DNA from: Octopus vulgaris
Taxonomy: Eukaryota
Assembly (NCBI GenBank): GCA_951406725.2
Contig: OX597825.1
Span: forward strand, 30,814,001-30,878,000
Direction of reading: 5' to 3'
DNA: 64,000 nucleotides
Shown here in pieces: positions 39,320 through 56,937 of this stretch. Below the pieces are notes generated by a model that was given only the letters and a program-made list of their open reading frames with translations, did no database searches and had not been told where the DNA came from. The position numbers and the translations under genes were made by a program. The stretch's first letter is position 1. Each line of letters opens with the position of its first letter.

Positions 39320-40164
39320 TAATAAATATTAGGGAATAAATCCAAACTTACAGGGAAAAAATCAGATTTAGGATTAAATCAAATTTTATAGTAAAATATT
39401 ATAAAATATTATTAGAGACAAAACCACAATTTTGCAAAACAAACAAGGAAATGTCTGTTGTTTTATTGCATTGTTTCATTCATAATTTTTAAGTAGTGTT
39501 CGTTTTACCAAGTGAATATAATTTTTTAATTCCATTTATTCCATTTCTCCGTTCATAATTTTAAGTGATGTCCGTTTTCTAGAGCGTGAATGTGGGTTGT
39601 ATGTGTGTGTGTGTGGGAGTATGAATAAGTATTGTGTTGAAGTATTTAGCTATTTTATTTATTTATAGTTGCCTAGACGTTTTTATGTGTATGTATAGGG
39701 ATATATATATAGGTGTGTGATTTAGTGTATGTAGTTAGATATGGTTATATATAATTAGGTATATGTGTATGGGTGTATATATAGTTTATTATTATATTAT
39801 TATTATTTTTTTGTTTTGTTTTATATTTTATATTTTATATTTTATATTTTATATTTAATTGTTGATAGGTTTATTTTAGTTTATATATTGTTTATATATT
39901 GATTATATATGGATTATATATAGGTTATATATGGATTATATATTTATATTTTTTCATTCATACTTTAATTATTTTAAAATTATTATTTTTATATTTTAAA
40001 ATATTGATATTTTAGATTGGAAGTCCACCTGAAGATTGTCGATCAAGACAAGAAACAATTGTAGTGGCGGTTTTTTTGACTATTTATTAAAATTTTATGT
40101 ATTGATTAAGTCTTTCCTTGTTTGTTTTGCAAAATAGTGGTTTTGTCTCTAATAATATTTTATA
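39320..40164. mobile_element. Non-autonomous Penelope-like element with inverted terminal segment and hammerhead
   Basis: 52-bp inverted repeat at 39400-39451 and 40113-40164 (1 mismatch). HHR at 40025. TA tracts flank both sides. A related collapsed copy is at ~44535-44672. Confidence 0.65.
40025..40067 (+). ncRNA. Minimal type-I hammerhead ribozyme
   Basis: CCAC-CUGAAGA-UUGUC-gaucaa-GACAA-GAAA-CAAUUG-UA-GUGG. Stems I and II are perfect and all core nucleotides are present. Predicted cleavage is after A40063. Confidence 0.85.
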
Positions 40165-40371
40165 TATATATATATATATACTCACACACACAAAGAATTT
40201 ACTCACAGTTTCCTAATACAAATTCACTGACAAAAGATTGATTAATCTGGGTCAATAGTAGAAGACAATGTATCATACTGTGGGATTGAACTTGAAACCA
40301 CATTTTTGCCAAGAAAGCTTCTTAACCACTCAGCCATGCTGGCACACACACACACACGCACATATACATAA

Positions 40372-40452
<81 letters not shown>

Positions 40453-40927
40453 TATGTATATATATATATATGTATATGTATATATATATGTGTCTATATG
40501 TGTATATGTTGTGTGTGTATGTATATATATATATATATCAGTAAAAAGAAAAGAAATGTAAATAAAATTAATGTGATTTTTACAGAGACACTCTGAATTT
40601 TTATTTGAAATTTTAGACACAATTTTGATAAGGAAAAAATAAAAATAAAAAATCCTAAATAGAGAGTGTTGGAAATATTCCAAGAAAAAGATTTCTTGGC
40701 AAATGTCCCTCTTGAAATAAAATCTAAAGATAGTTTTTCAATGACCTATTGTTTGGATGAATATTAGTAAAGATAGGTGGTTAGTAAAACTTGAGCAATA
40801 GTTGTAGACTGTCAAGTAAATATAGTGTATTTTAATATGTACAAGTATATACGTATACAAACATATATATATGAAAATATAAATATGTATACGTATGTAT
40901 ATTTATATATATAGGCGCATTACCAGA

Positions 40928-41296
40928 CAGTGGCTGTCTGGTAATTAGCTTGCTTACCAACCACATAGTTCCGGGTTCAGTCCCACTGCGTGGCAGGCCG
41001 ACCAAAGCCTTGTGAGTGGATCTGGTAGAGAGAAACTGAAAGAAGCCTGTCGTACATATGTATATATATGTATGTGTATGTGTATATGTGTGTGTGTCTG
41101 TGTTTGCCTCCCCAACATCGCTTGACAACTGATGTTGGTGTGTTTACATCCCCGTAACTTTGCATTTTGGCAAAAGGGACTGATAGAATAAGTACTAGGC
41201 TTACAAAGAATAAGTCCTAGGTTCAATGTCTTCGACTAAAGGCGGTGCTCCAGTATGCCCACAGTCAAATGACTGATACAAGTAAGAGAGTGAAAG

Positions 41297-41297
<1 letters not shown>
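40928..41297 (+). mobile_element. SINE family B (CORE-like segment deleted)
   Basis: Matches family B. TGCGTGGCA is joined directly to GGCCGACCAAAG. Confidence 0.8.
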
Positions 41298-41335
<38 letters not shown>

Positions 41336-41399
41336 ATATTTCGGAATGGTAGATATACATATATACGTATAAAAAATCTTGCACAACAAATATATATAT

Positions 41400-41605
41400 T
41401 CTTTTATTTGTTTCAGTCATTTGACTGTGGCCATGCTGGAGCACTGTCTTTAGTCAAGCAAATCGACACCAGGACTTATTTTTTGTAAGCTTAGTACTTA
41501 TTCTATCAGTCTCTTTTGCTGAACTGCTAGATAATGGGGATGTAAACACACCAGGATCGGTTGTCAGGCGATGTTGGGGTGACAAACACAGACACACAAA
41601 CATAT
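41400..41605 (-). mobile_element. SINE family B 3' half
   Basis: Reverse complement of the family B 3' region, tail-to-tail with the 40928 copy. Confidence 0.8.
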
Positions 41606-41620
41606 AAATATACATATCTA

Positions 41621-41661
<41 letters not shown>

Positions 41662-42134
41662 GTATGCATGCGTGTGCATATATATCTATATCTATATATA
41701 TACAGACATATATATATATATGAGTGTGCGCATGTATTTCATTTCAGAGAGAAGAGGCAACAGGCTATCCATTCAAATATTGAAAAGTATATGAGTGCTA
41801 TGTGTATTCATGCATTTGTTTATGTGCATGTGTGTGTATGTGTATGTGTGTGTGTGTGTGTAAGTGCGTGCATGTGTGTGTGTCCGTATCTGTGTGTGTG
41901 TTATGCATGCTAACAAGAATATTTCAATATATATATATGTGTAAGGCATTTACATTTAACTTTCCTTTCCCTGTTTTAGTAATCTTTTTGTGTTGGCTTG
42001 TAAATTCTATTGGATAGATTGTACATAAATACATTGTAATCGTTATAATATATGCATATAATATGTATGCACATGCACCTATATATATATATGTTGGGAG
42101 AGAGGTAGATATACATATATACGTATGTTATATA

Positions 42135-42530
42135 TCTTTATATATAAAAGTGAAGTTGTGTGTCTGTCTCCTAAGATTTAGATTCCTAACTACTCCCACA
42201 TTTTGCGGTGCAGTTTAACCAAAACCGGGTATCTTATAGCTGTGATTCATATCGAGCCCTTCTAGGTATTAGCGCGTGTCTATGATGAGTCTACGATTTT
42301 AAAAAAAATTTACCATCATTTTTTCCATTTTAATGCATTTTTTCGCTATTATATAAGGGAAGTAACTCTCTAAAAATGTCTACGATGAGTCAACGATTTA
42401 AAAAAAATTACCATCATTTTTTATTCCCTTTTTAATGCATTTTTTTGCTATTTTTTTGCTATAACTCTCTAAAAATGCTTATATAGTTATTTCCCTTACA
42501 AACCCGAGCAACGCCGGGCGATACTGCTAG
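42135..42530 (+). mobile_element. Non-autonomous Helitron, family H1, second copy
   Basis: A|TC...CCCGAGCAACGCCGGGCGATACTGCTAG|T. Highly similar to 30016-30411, with a ~100-bp internal tandem duplication. Confidence 0.85.
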
Positions 42531-42899
42531 TTATATATAAAAGGAAATTAACTTTTATATTTATCCTAGCACTACATGATAACTAAAACCATGCTTGCTT
42601 TAGCATTCTCCAACACACTATCACTATACATATGTATATATATATAAATAAAGATATGTGTATATATCTACATGTGTAAATATCAACAAACATTTGTTTT
42701 TTAATAGCATCAAAATGTGTATAGAATGATACAAATTTAATGATTTCTGTTTATTTTTTTTAACACAGAATTGCTGTAAAAAGAGCAGTGATACTGGGTA
42801 AATTAGCCATACAAGACGAAAAAATTTGTCAGCAAGCAGCCATGGCTGAATAGCAATTCTGCATTAAAAAAAACTAGCTTTCAATTTGTATCATTATAT

Positions 42900-43061
42900 G
42901 CACGGCTGTGTGGTAAGTAGTGTGTCTACCAACCACATGGTTCCAGGTTCAGTCCCACTGTGTGGAACCTTGGGCAAGTGTCTTCTACTATAGCCTCAGG
43001 CCAACCAAAGCCTTGTGAGTGGATTTGGTAGACGGAAACTGAAAGAAGCCCGTCGTATATA

Positions 43062-43103
<42 letters not shown>

Positions 43104-43314
43104 TGTGTGTGTTTGTGTGTCTGTGTTTGTCCCCCTAGCATTGCTTGACAACGGATGCTGGTGTGTTTATGTCACCGTTACTTAGCGGTTTGGCAAAAGA
43201 GACCGATAGAATAAGTACTGGGCTTACAAAAGAATAAGTCCCGGGGTTGAGTTGCTCGATTAAAGGCGGTGCTCTAGCATGGCCACAGTCAGATGACTGA
43301 AACAAGTAAAAGAG

Positions 43315-43317
<3 letters not shown>
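42900..43317 (+). mobile_element. SINE family B, full length
   Basis: Matches 10637-11046. Confidence 0.88.
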
Positions 43318-43363
<46 letters not shown>

Positions 43364-43413
43364 ATATGTATATGTATATGTATATATATGTGCATATATA
43401 TATATATGCATGT

Positions 43414-43748
43414 GAAGGTGCATAGCTCAGTGGTTAGCATGTCAAGCTTACAGTTGTGAGGTTGTGAGTTCGAATCCCAGACTGGGCTGCATGTTGTGTT
43501 CTTGAGCAAGACACTTTATTTCACGTTGCTCCAGTTCACTCAGCTATAGAAATGAGCTGTGACATCACAGGTGCCAAGCTGTATCGGCCTTTGCCTTTCC
43601 CTTGGATAACACTAGTGGCATGGAGAGGGGTGGTCGGTATGCATGAGCGACTGCTGGTCTTCCATAAACAACCTTACCCGGACTTGTGCCTGGGAGGGTA
43701 AATTTCTGGGTGCAATCCAATGGTCAGTCATGACTGAAGGGGGTCTCA
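43414..43748 (+). mobile_element. tRNA-derived SINE (head 2, third tail type)
   Basis: TAGCTCAGTGGTTAG A box, GAGTTCGAATCCC B box and GTGTTCTTGAGCAAGACACTTTATTTCACGTTGCTCCAG body. Confidence 0.8.
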
Positions 43749-43980
43749 GATATATGTGTATGTATTTACATAGACATGTGTGTATATATATATATATAGG
43801 GGATTTTACATGCCGAAATCTACTTGGTGAAATTAATGATTATTCCAAATTAATTAATTTCACCCTATATTATTATTGATAATTATATATATATCTATAT
43901 ATATGTGAATATATATGTATACACAAAAATACATACATGTTTGTGTGTGTGTATGTGTATAACTTGTGGAAAATGAGTAA

Positions 43981-44345
43981 GTGTTGCTATTTATGTGTAT
44001 GATTTGTGGGAAGAAACGCATGAGTCCTGCAGGCCTGGTCAGCCATCAGGGAACTCGCAGGAGTTGTGATATGGCTATTATTCACAACAGAACATGTGCA
44101 ACCTGTAAAGAGGAGTACCTTTCAGTTGGAGGACTGAAAAGACATGTCAAAAGAGTTCATACTACAGCACCTGTTCCCTCTGCCAGCCAGCACAGCTGTG
44201 CATTGTGCAATAGAATATGCAAATCTTTGGCCAAGTTCAAGAGTCATACAAGGACTTTACATTGCATCATCATTGTCTCATTTTAATGATTCTTTCTAGC
44301 AATGGCTTTGCTCCTTTACGAGAAAGCAGCTGCTATATCATGAAA
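43981..44345 (+). pseudogene. Triple C2H2-like zinc-finger ORF, probably a LINE ORF2 C-terminal fragment
   Basis: CMICGKKRMSPAGLVSH, CATCKEEYLSVGGLKRHVKRVH and CALCNRICKSLAKFKSHTRTLH. No TGEKP linkers. A short UTR leads to (ATC)n. Confidence 0.55.
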
Positions 44346-44689
44346 ATCATCATCATCATTTAACGTCCATTGTCCATGCTGGCATGGGCCGGATGGTTTG
44401 ACTGGGCTGGAGTCTGATGCAGCCTTCCAACTTACCAGCCCTGGTCAAACCGTCCAACCCATGCCAGCATGGACAACAGATGCTAATGGTGATGATGATG
44501 ATGTTATATATATATACATATATATATTATAATAATAATATTAGGGAGTATAATTCCAAACTTACAGGGAAAAATTCAATTTAGTATTAAATCAAATTTC
44601 ACAGTATAAATATATAAAATATAAATTTGAGTTGCATAATAGTGGTTTTATCTCTAATTTATATTTTGATATACATATATATATATATA

Positions 44690-45298
44690 CAGGATGCAGT
44701 GAATATATTGTCTTCTAAATTACGCAAAAATGAAAATAACATTGAAATCTCATTTTAACAGATGTATTTACCAAAACTACAAAACTACAGAAAAATATTA
44801 TGAAATACTAAAGAGCAAATATATTCAAAAAAATTGCTATTGGCTTCCATCACGGTCTCCAGACGACTTCAGAATCTCCTGCAACTTTTCTGAATGGTCT
44901 CCTTGTTTAAGTTGGGGAAGGCTGCCATAATCCTTGCCTTCAGTTCATTTTTTTTTTTTTAGTTACAAGGAGTTTTGTTGGTCTCTCACTCAACTGCACC
45001 CCACACATAATAGTTAAGAAGGTTGCAGTCTGGGGAGTTAGGTGGCCAGATGTTAGGGGTGCTGTAGTGGCAGGAATTGCCTAACAGCTATGACTGGGTT
45101 CTTCTGCTTGTATGGCATGGTGCAGAGTCCTGTTGCCAGACATAGGGTCTTCCAGCAGCCACCCTCTTGACCCAGGGCAGCATTACCTCCTCCAGGCACT
45201 TGATGTAGGCCTCTGTGTTAAGTGTGAGGCCATGTGAGAAGATGAATGGAGGTATAACTTCGCCATCACTAGGGATCATACCTTTATGTTGACTGGAT
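44690..45298 (-). mobile_element. maT-family (DD37D) Tc1/mariner 3' fragment
   Basis: Minus strand reads YVWQQDSAPCHTSRRTQS*LLGNSCHYSTPNIWPPNSPDCNLLNYYVWG, with 37 residues between the second D and the third catalytic position (now N). A TIR-like end CAGGATGCAGTGAA abuts TA. Confidence 0.8.
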
Positions 45299-45495
45299 GT
45301 CTTTAGATAGTCTCTCTCTCTCTCTCCCTCTCTATTCCTTTATGAATGCCTTGTAGGTGGGTAGTAGTAAACCCACCTACGAGGCATTCACAAAGGAATA
45401 GAGAGAAAGACAGACTATCTGAAGACTATGGAAATATCTACAAAGCATTTCACTTAATTTTTTTCTCCAATTTAATTGTTTGTTTTATTTTACTC

Positions 45496-45533
45496 TTAGT
45501 TGAAGAAGTCTAAAAGGCAGAAACCGGTACTAA
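45496..45533 (+). ncRNA. Degenerate minimal type-I hammerhead motif
   Basis: UUAG-uUGAAGA-aGUCU-aaa-AGGCa-GAAA-CCGG-UA-CUAA. C3 is changed to U, stem I is perfect and the helix III palindrome is ACCGGT. Confidence 0.55.
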
Positions 45534-45623
45534 AATCTACTTAATGATAAAATTACTTTAGCATTTTCTACCTTTTCTTATTTTCCTTATACATATCAAC
45601 TTGTGTGTTACTTTTCTACTTTC

Positions 45624-45661
<38 letters not shown>

Positions 45662-47860
45662 GAGAAGAGAGAGGGATGTTAGCCAGCACTGAAATATATA
45701 ACCAAATGTAAACACATTGTCTTTACATTCTCTATCATTTGTGCACACAAAATAGTGAGACAAGTGAGACTAATTTTAATCATTGTTTGGGGATTTCATC
45801 AGAAATCAATTACTCCCCTTTTTTAGCTGTCCCTGAAGATGCTGCTTATAAAACCATTTTTACTAATAGCTTAAGAAAATACCATAGACTGATTTGCATG
45901 TATAACACATCTTGGGCCATTAGTTACATAAGAAAATCAGTCTGTGAGGTTTTACTTAAGACTTTAGTGCTAAGTAATGTATAATTAAACAGTTAGACAC
46001 TGTTTATAAACCCATTATGATTAGGTTTGATGAAGAGTGACTCAATATGACAGAGTATTGTCATTGACTATAAGACAAACAAAGAGGGTACTCAGATGCA
46101 GATGAAATCCCAGTGCTGGATTGAATCCCACTTTTTCTATTCACAATGTATTTTTGCACAAAGACAAGTGTTTCCACATGATTTTACATTTAGTGTTGGC
46201 TAAAATCTGTTAATATTTTCTGCAGTACAGAGTAGCATTGGAAAAATACATAATACAATATTTAAATGTATGCTGCTTTTCAAGTTGTTTGTCTCATTCT
46301 TAGATGTATATCTAGCAGGCTAGATTTGCACTAGGAACTTTTATTCCTAAAACCAGTGTAAGAACCTACTTATTCACTGGCCATTGACCTATGTATAATT
46401 ATTGTTGGAACTGTTGTTAAATTATTTATAATTATCTTTCATTAATGACAGCTATGTAATGATCTGATGACAGAGCTGTGATTACTGATTGATTTTTGTC
46501 ACAAGTATTTTTAGTTGTGACTTTTTGATTTTCCTAAGTTTCAGCTGTTGTTCCTGATCAATTATGAAAATTTACATTATATATGTAAAGTTCAATAAAA
46601 TAAAAGATCGAAGATTGTTAATGGCATCAAAGTATTTATAGAATAGTTAAAGAGAAGTGTGTGAAAATATAAATATAATTAAGTAGAGAAACACATAATT
46701 CAGGAAAGTAATTTTTCAAAGAAAGGTAGATATCCTGCTAGTTCATACTCTAACATCACAGAAAGAAGGGGAAAGAATCTATGTAGTATTTCTATCAGTT
46801 CTTCATTGATAGGTAAGTAAATATCCAGAGAGTTCAGAAGACGCATGTAATCCTTTACAGCTGTTTCTGGGGCTTGGTGTAGTAGTATTGTGCATTGTGT
46901 ACATGAAGTAAACTGATGTAAGCAATATATATGAAATAAAACAAATTTATATTATGTTAATTCTCACCCATATTTGGAAGGAAATATAGTATTCTATATA
47001 TGATACTGCACCAGTACTTATCTTCATGTGTACGAAGCATAGTGCCTTGGGTGTTGGACTCATATGAAGGTCTAATGATCACATGTTCAATTCCTGGATC
47101 AGGTAATGGGTTGTGCTCTTGAGCAAGTCATTTCACTTTATTTTGCTCCAGTCTACTCAGCTGAAAATTAGTCCCAGACAAGTTCTTGTACAATCTTCTC
47201 TCCATCCAACCATTACATCCTGGAGTTCCACTGGGCTAAGAGTAGGGGAGAAGAGAGGGTGTTCCTTCCTACTCACAATTATATAGGATTGTAAAATCCT
47301 TTATGAAACCATTGTACATGCTATCATGTACAAAGAACCTTACTTGCAAATAGAAGTTATGATGTGGGTGGGGTGTATTTTTTTTTTTTTTTGTTACTAT
47401 CCTTACATATATGTACATTTCTCCAGGCAGGAATCAAATTCAAAACCCTATTTTTTACCCAAGGTTTCAATGTTCTTCCTTACTTTACCATAAGGTCATA
47501 TGCAGCTTCAAAATATCTTTGGCATTTGAAGTCAGGGAGAATAAGGATCGATCAAATCTAACATAAACCAACGAATCATGAGCAACGAGGTTAAAAGATT
47601 TGAATGATATGTCTGGAAGGAAAATTTGTTTTCCATGATAATTTCAGTTCAGGTATTTGAGTAGCTACAACACCTTAACCAAATAGCTAAACCAAAATAA
47701 TGTAACCGAATATGTCACAAACAAATTACGATTTGGAAATGTAAGGCAGCTTCAATAAATCTTATATGTTCGATAGATTGTCAGTTCAACTGAGCTATAT
47801 TTAATCACTTACACAAGGGATTTATATTCCAGTGTTGGTGTAGTTGTGTGTGTGTGTTTA

Positions 47861-47911
<51 letters not shown>

Positions 47912-48027
47912 ATGTGTGTGTGTGTGTGTGTGTTTGTGTATTTGTGTATGTGCATGTGTGTATGTTCTTTCTCACTCTCTCCTTAAGTATCTGATATCTT
48001 ATATCTTACTCCATTAGTTTGACATGT

Positions 48028-50650
<2,623 letters not shown>

Positions 50651-50795
50651 ATGGCAAGACTTTTTTTCCTTGTAAAACATTAAACTAGTTCCTATATAAA
50701 AAAAAAATTTACATTTAATTCCAAGATTAAAATTAAAAAAGAAAAACGATAAAAATTAACTGTGTGAATCTAAGTGTCAAACTTTGGTAATTTAA

Positions 50796-50854
<59 letters not shown>

Positions 50855-51787
50855 GTATTGTACTAGGAAAAATATGATCAGATAAGAAAAAGAAAAAAGA
50901 AAAAAGATTTATGCATATTCATTCTTTTAACAACTTGACCTCTACTCTTGCAATTTTTTTTTTCATTTTTTAATTTTTCTCCAGAATTTTCTATTTTAAA
51001 TTGGTACTAAAATGCCAGCAATATAGTCATTGACATTCTAACACATCTGACGGCAAAGTTCAAAACTATCTTAGATGACATTTTTTTTTTTACACTTTCT
51101 TTTAATATTTGTAGGCATGTCATTATAATTTATCTCATCTGTGTTTACAATGTAACTACAGCCTAGAAGCCGGAATCAGTAAAAGAGTAAAATATATTAC
51201 TTTAAAAAAAATTTGACCTTTGCCTTATAAATTATCATTAATTCATTTGCTTTCTTTTCTTTTTTCCAGTAATATTTTTTTGCACAAGCTAAATATTTTT
51301 TATGTATGAATAAAATCTCAAATATTTAAATAAAAGAAGACACAAGAATTTTTAGCACTCATTACTTGAGCCTAAACAAGAAACAACTAGATTAATTAAT
51401 ATAGTTAATTTTTTTGTCTGTGTTTTTTTTCTCTTTTAAGGTGTCTAACTGGTGGAGTCATTAGAGCATCAAAATATGTTTTGCCGTATTTGTTTTAGCC
51501 TTTTACATGCTGAGTTCAAATCATGTCAAAGTCAATTTTGACTTTCATTCCTCTTGATCTGAAAAAAAAAAAAAAATCAACTAACACCTTTTCATTAAAT
51601 TTCAGGCCTAGTACCTTTCTGAAGAAATTTTAATTTATTTGTTGTTGTTCTTAAGAATTACTGTACAAACAGTTTTCTAAAACTGTTTTATTTGCACTAA
51701 TTTTCAATATTTAAATTGAATATAATGAACAAAATAGCTACATCCAAAATCTCTAAGTGAAATATAAATAGTGTAGTGATGCTACTG

Positions 51788-52194
51788 TGTAAGGTTCAGC
51801 GTGCATGCGCAGAATGGGACTACTTCCGGGTGGCCACCGGAAGTCTTCCCCATGCGCATGTGCGGGAAACTGACCCCTAAGGCACAATCAACTCGATCAC
51901 TCTCTCTGGCGCTTTCAGCCCTCGTGAACAGACGTGCATTTGGTAGTCTCTGAGAACTGTACACCGGCTTAGCAACGGACCACACCGAATCACCTCAATC
52001 AACCAACAAGGAGCAGTACAAAGATTCGGCTGTCGTTTCCCCTCAGAAAAATACACACACCATCACGAGTAATAAACGACATTTGCTGTCTTTCCCAGAT
52101 AACCTGACTTCGTCTGTTATATCTAACTAAATTGAATGTGACGGGATTGTGACGGGACAACCCTTCAGTGATACCGATTCCAGATCCTGTTACA
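51788..52194 (+). mobile_element. Solo-LTR-like element
   Basis: TGTAA...TTACA termini, ~407 bp, CpG-rich against an AT-rich background, AATAAA at 52071. No clear direct TSD. Confidence 0.55.
51804..51860. promoter_or_regulatory. Palindromic NRF1-ETS-ETS-NRF1-like motif cassette
   Basis: CATGCGCA...ACTTCCGG-GTGGCCA-CCGGAAGT...TGCGCATG. Matches to NRF1/ewg (TGCGCATG) and ETS/GABP (CCGGAAGT) consensus sites. Confidence 0.45.
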
Positions 52195-52351
52195 GTAGTA
52201 ACATTACTAGACAGGAACATTTTTTTGCCACTGTAACCCTAGGAAAAAGTCTTTTCCTGCTGGTTAATGACACAAAATCTGTGTCTGATATATTGTGAGT
52301 AAGGGAGCAAATCCCTCCCCTCCAGCTTAGTAAGACCAGTAGGCCATGTTT

Positions 52352-54842
<2,491 letters not shown>

Positions 54843-55200
54843 GCTGCATAAAACAATGGTCACAGCTGGAAGATCTTGCTCATATATTTGCTCGATGAAG
54901 GTTATCTTGACTGAAGTGGACAATATATTATTGTCACTTATAGAGACATATTCAAACTTCAAACTGAATGCAATCCAGGAGACAGAATACCATTGGTGGC
55001 CTTTTAGTTGATTAGCCAGTGTCCTATGATCAACTCTGTCATCCATGCTCTTCATAGAAAATGGTAAAGCATCAGACTGCATTGCCATTTAATTTCAGCC
55101 TTTTATAATTTCCGTAATGTAATTTTCCTTCAGTGTTTATTTCTCCCTTTACTTCCTAATTCTGGCCAAGTTGGAACACACTGCCATATACTGTATCTTG

Positions 55201-55309
<109 letters not shown>

Positions 55310-55733
55310 TGCGTGATCATTGCCAGAGCAACAAGCCAGCCTCCATGCCGGTGGCACGTAAAAAACACCATTCAAGCATGATCGTTACCTGCTTCGCCTT
55401 ACTGGCACTTGTGCTGGTGGCACATGAAAAAACATCCGAGTGGGTTCGTTGCCAGTGCCGCTGGACTGGCTCCTGTGCAGGTGACACATAAAAAGTACCA
55501 TTTGAGCATAGCCACTGCCAGTATCGCCTGACTGGCCCTCGTGCTGGTGGCACGTAAAAGCACCCACTACACTCTCGGAGTGGTTGGTGTTAGGAAGGGC
55601 ATTCAGCTGTAGAAACTCTGCCAGATCAGATTGGAGACTGGTGCAGCCATCTGGTTCACCAGGCCTCAGTCAAATTGTCCAGCCCATGCTAGCATGGAAA
55701 GCAGATGTTAAATGATGATTATGATGATGATGA
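55310..55733 (+). mobile_element. RTE 3' UTR (~60-bp repeats) plus GAT-tail module
   Basis: Repeated GGTGGCACGTAAAA units, then CACTCTCGGAGTGGTTGG...GATGATG. Preceded by a (TAC)n(TTC)n(TTA)n microsatellite. Confidence 0.8.
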
Positions 55734-56937
55734 CTATTGTAAGGGGTGAGCAAGCTGGCAGAATCATTAGTGCACTGGACAACATGCTTGGCAGCATTCC
55801 ATCTGTCTATACATTCTGAGTTCAAATTACGACATGTCCAACTTTGCCTGTCATCCTCTCAGGGTCGACAATATAAGTATCAGTCAAGTACTGGATTCGA
55901 TGTAATCAACTTGCTCCCTGCTCCAGAATTTCAGGCCATGTGCTATAATAGAAAGAGTTGTTAAATACTCTTATGAAGATCAGAGCATTGGGAAAAAATT
56001 GTGATGGAGATATTCACAGTATTTGATCCAGCATTTAAGTTCTGATTAAATTGTATTGAGGGTACCTACACTTTTCATTCTTTCAGAGTCAGTAAATAAA
56101 GTACCAATTAAGTACTAGGCAGATTGTGTCAGTTCATCTTCTCCTGTGAAAGCTGCTGCCCTCTGTACCTAAAGTTAGAAAGTAGTATTATTAATAAGGG
56201 AGGCAACTTTTAGTTAATCCCATTTTATCTTATAAATCAAAAACAGGTGAGTTATATTTTTCCTACCAGAGTAAGAAGATTTTTGTTTTGAATGGATGAT
56301 GTTAATTTTGTTGGGCTGGAGTAATTGAAATAATTTTCACACAGGATGAGTTTGCACATGGTGGTGAGATTTGAGGAAGAATTTTTCTAGGTGTATGTTG
56401 TGTGGATTATTATTGTCATTATTTCACATCCACTTTCCATGCCAGCATTGGTTGGATGGCTTGACAGAAGCTGATAAGGTCATGGGCCTCACAAGGCTCT
56501 ATTGTCTATTGTGGCATGGTTTTCTGTGGCTAGATGCCCTTCCTAACATCAACTACTTTACATAGTGAACAGGATGCTTTTTATGTGATGCCAACACTAG
56601 TACTTTTAATGTGGCACCAGTAGAAATGTTTTTTTGTGTGGTACCAGTACCAGTGGTTTTTACATTGCACCAACACCAGTGCTTGCTTTTTATGTAGCAC
56701 CAGCACCAGTATCAATTCTGCTGTATAAAATTTTACCACTTTCTTTCCATGGTTCTGTTGAAACACACAGCCTTTGTTTCAAATAATTTTGAAAAATAAT
56801 GAAGAATTTAGTAAAATAATGTAGTGTTTGAAACATAAAGTAACATACTTTTAAAAGAATGTTGCAATTTAGCAGACTTTAGAACAGGAAGTCTGTATCA
56901 TAGAAGCAGAGATAGTCTCAGGTGGGTTAATATGAAA

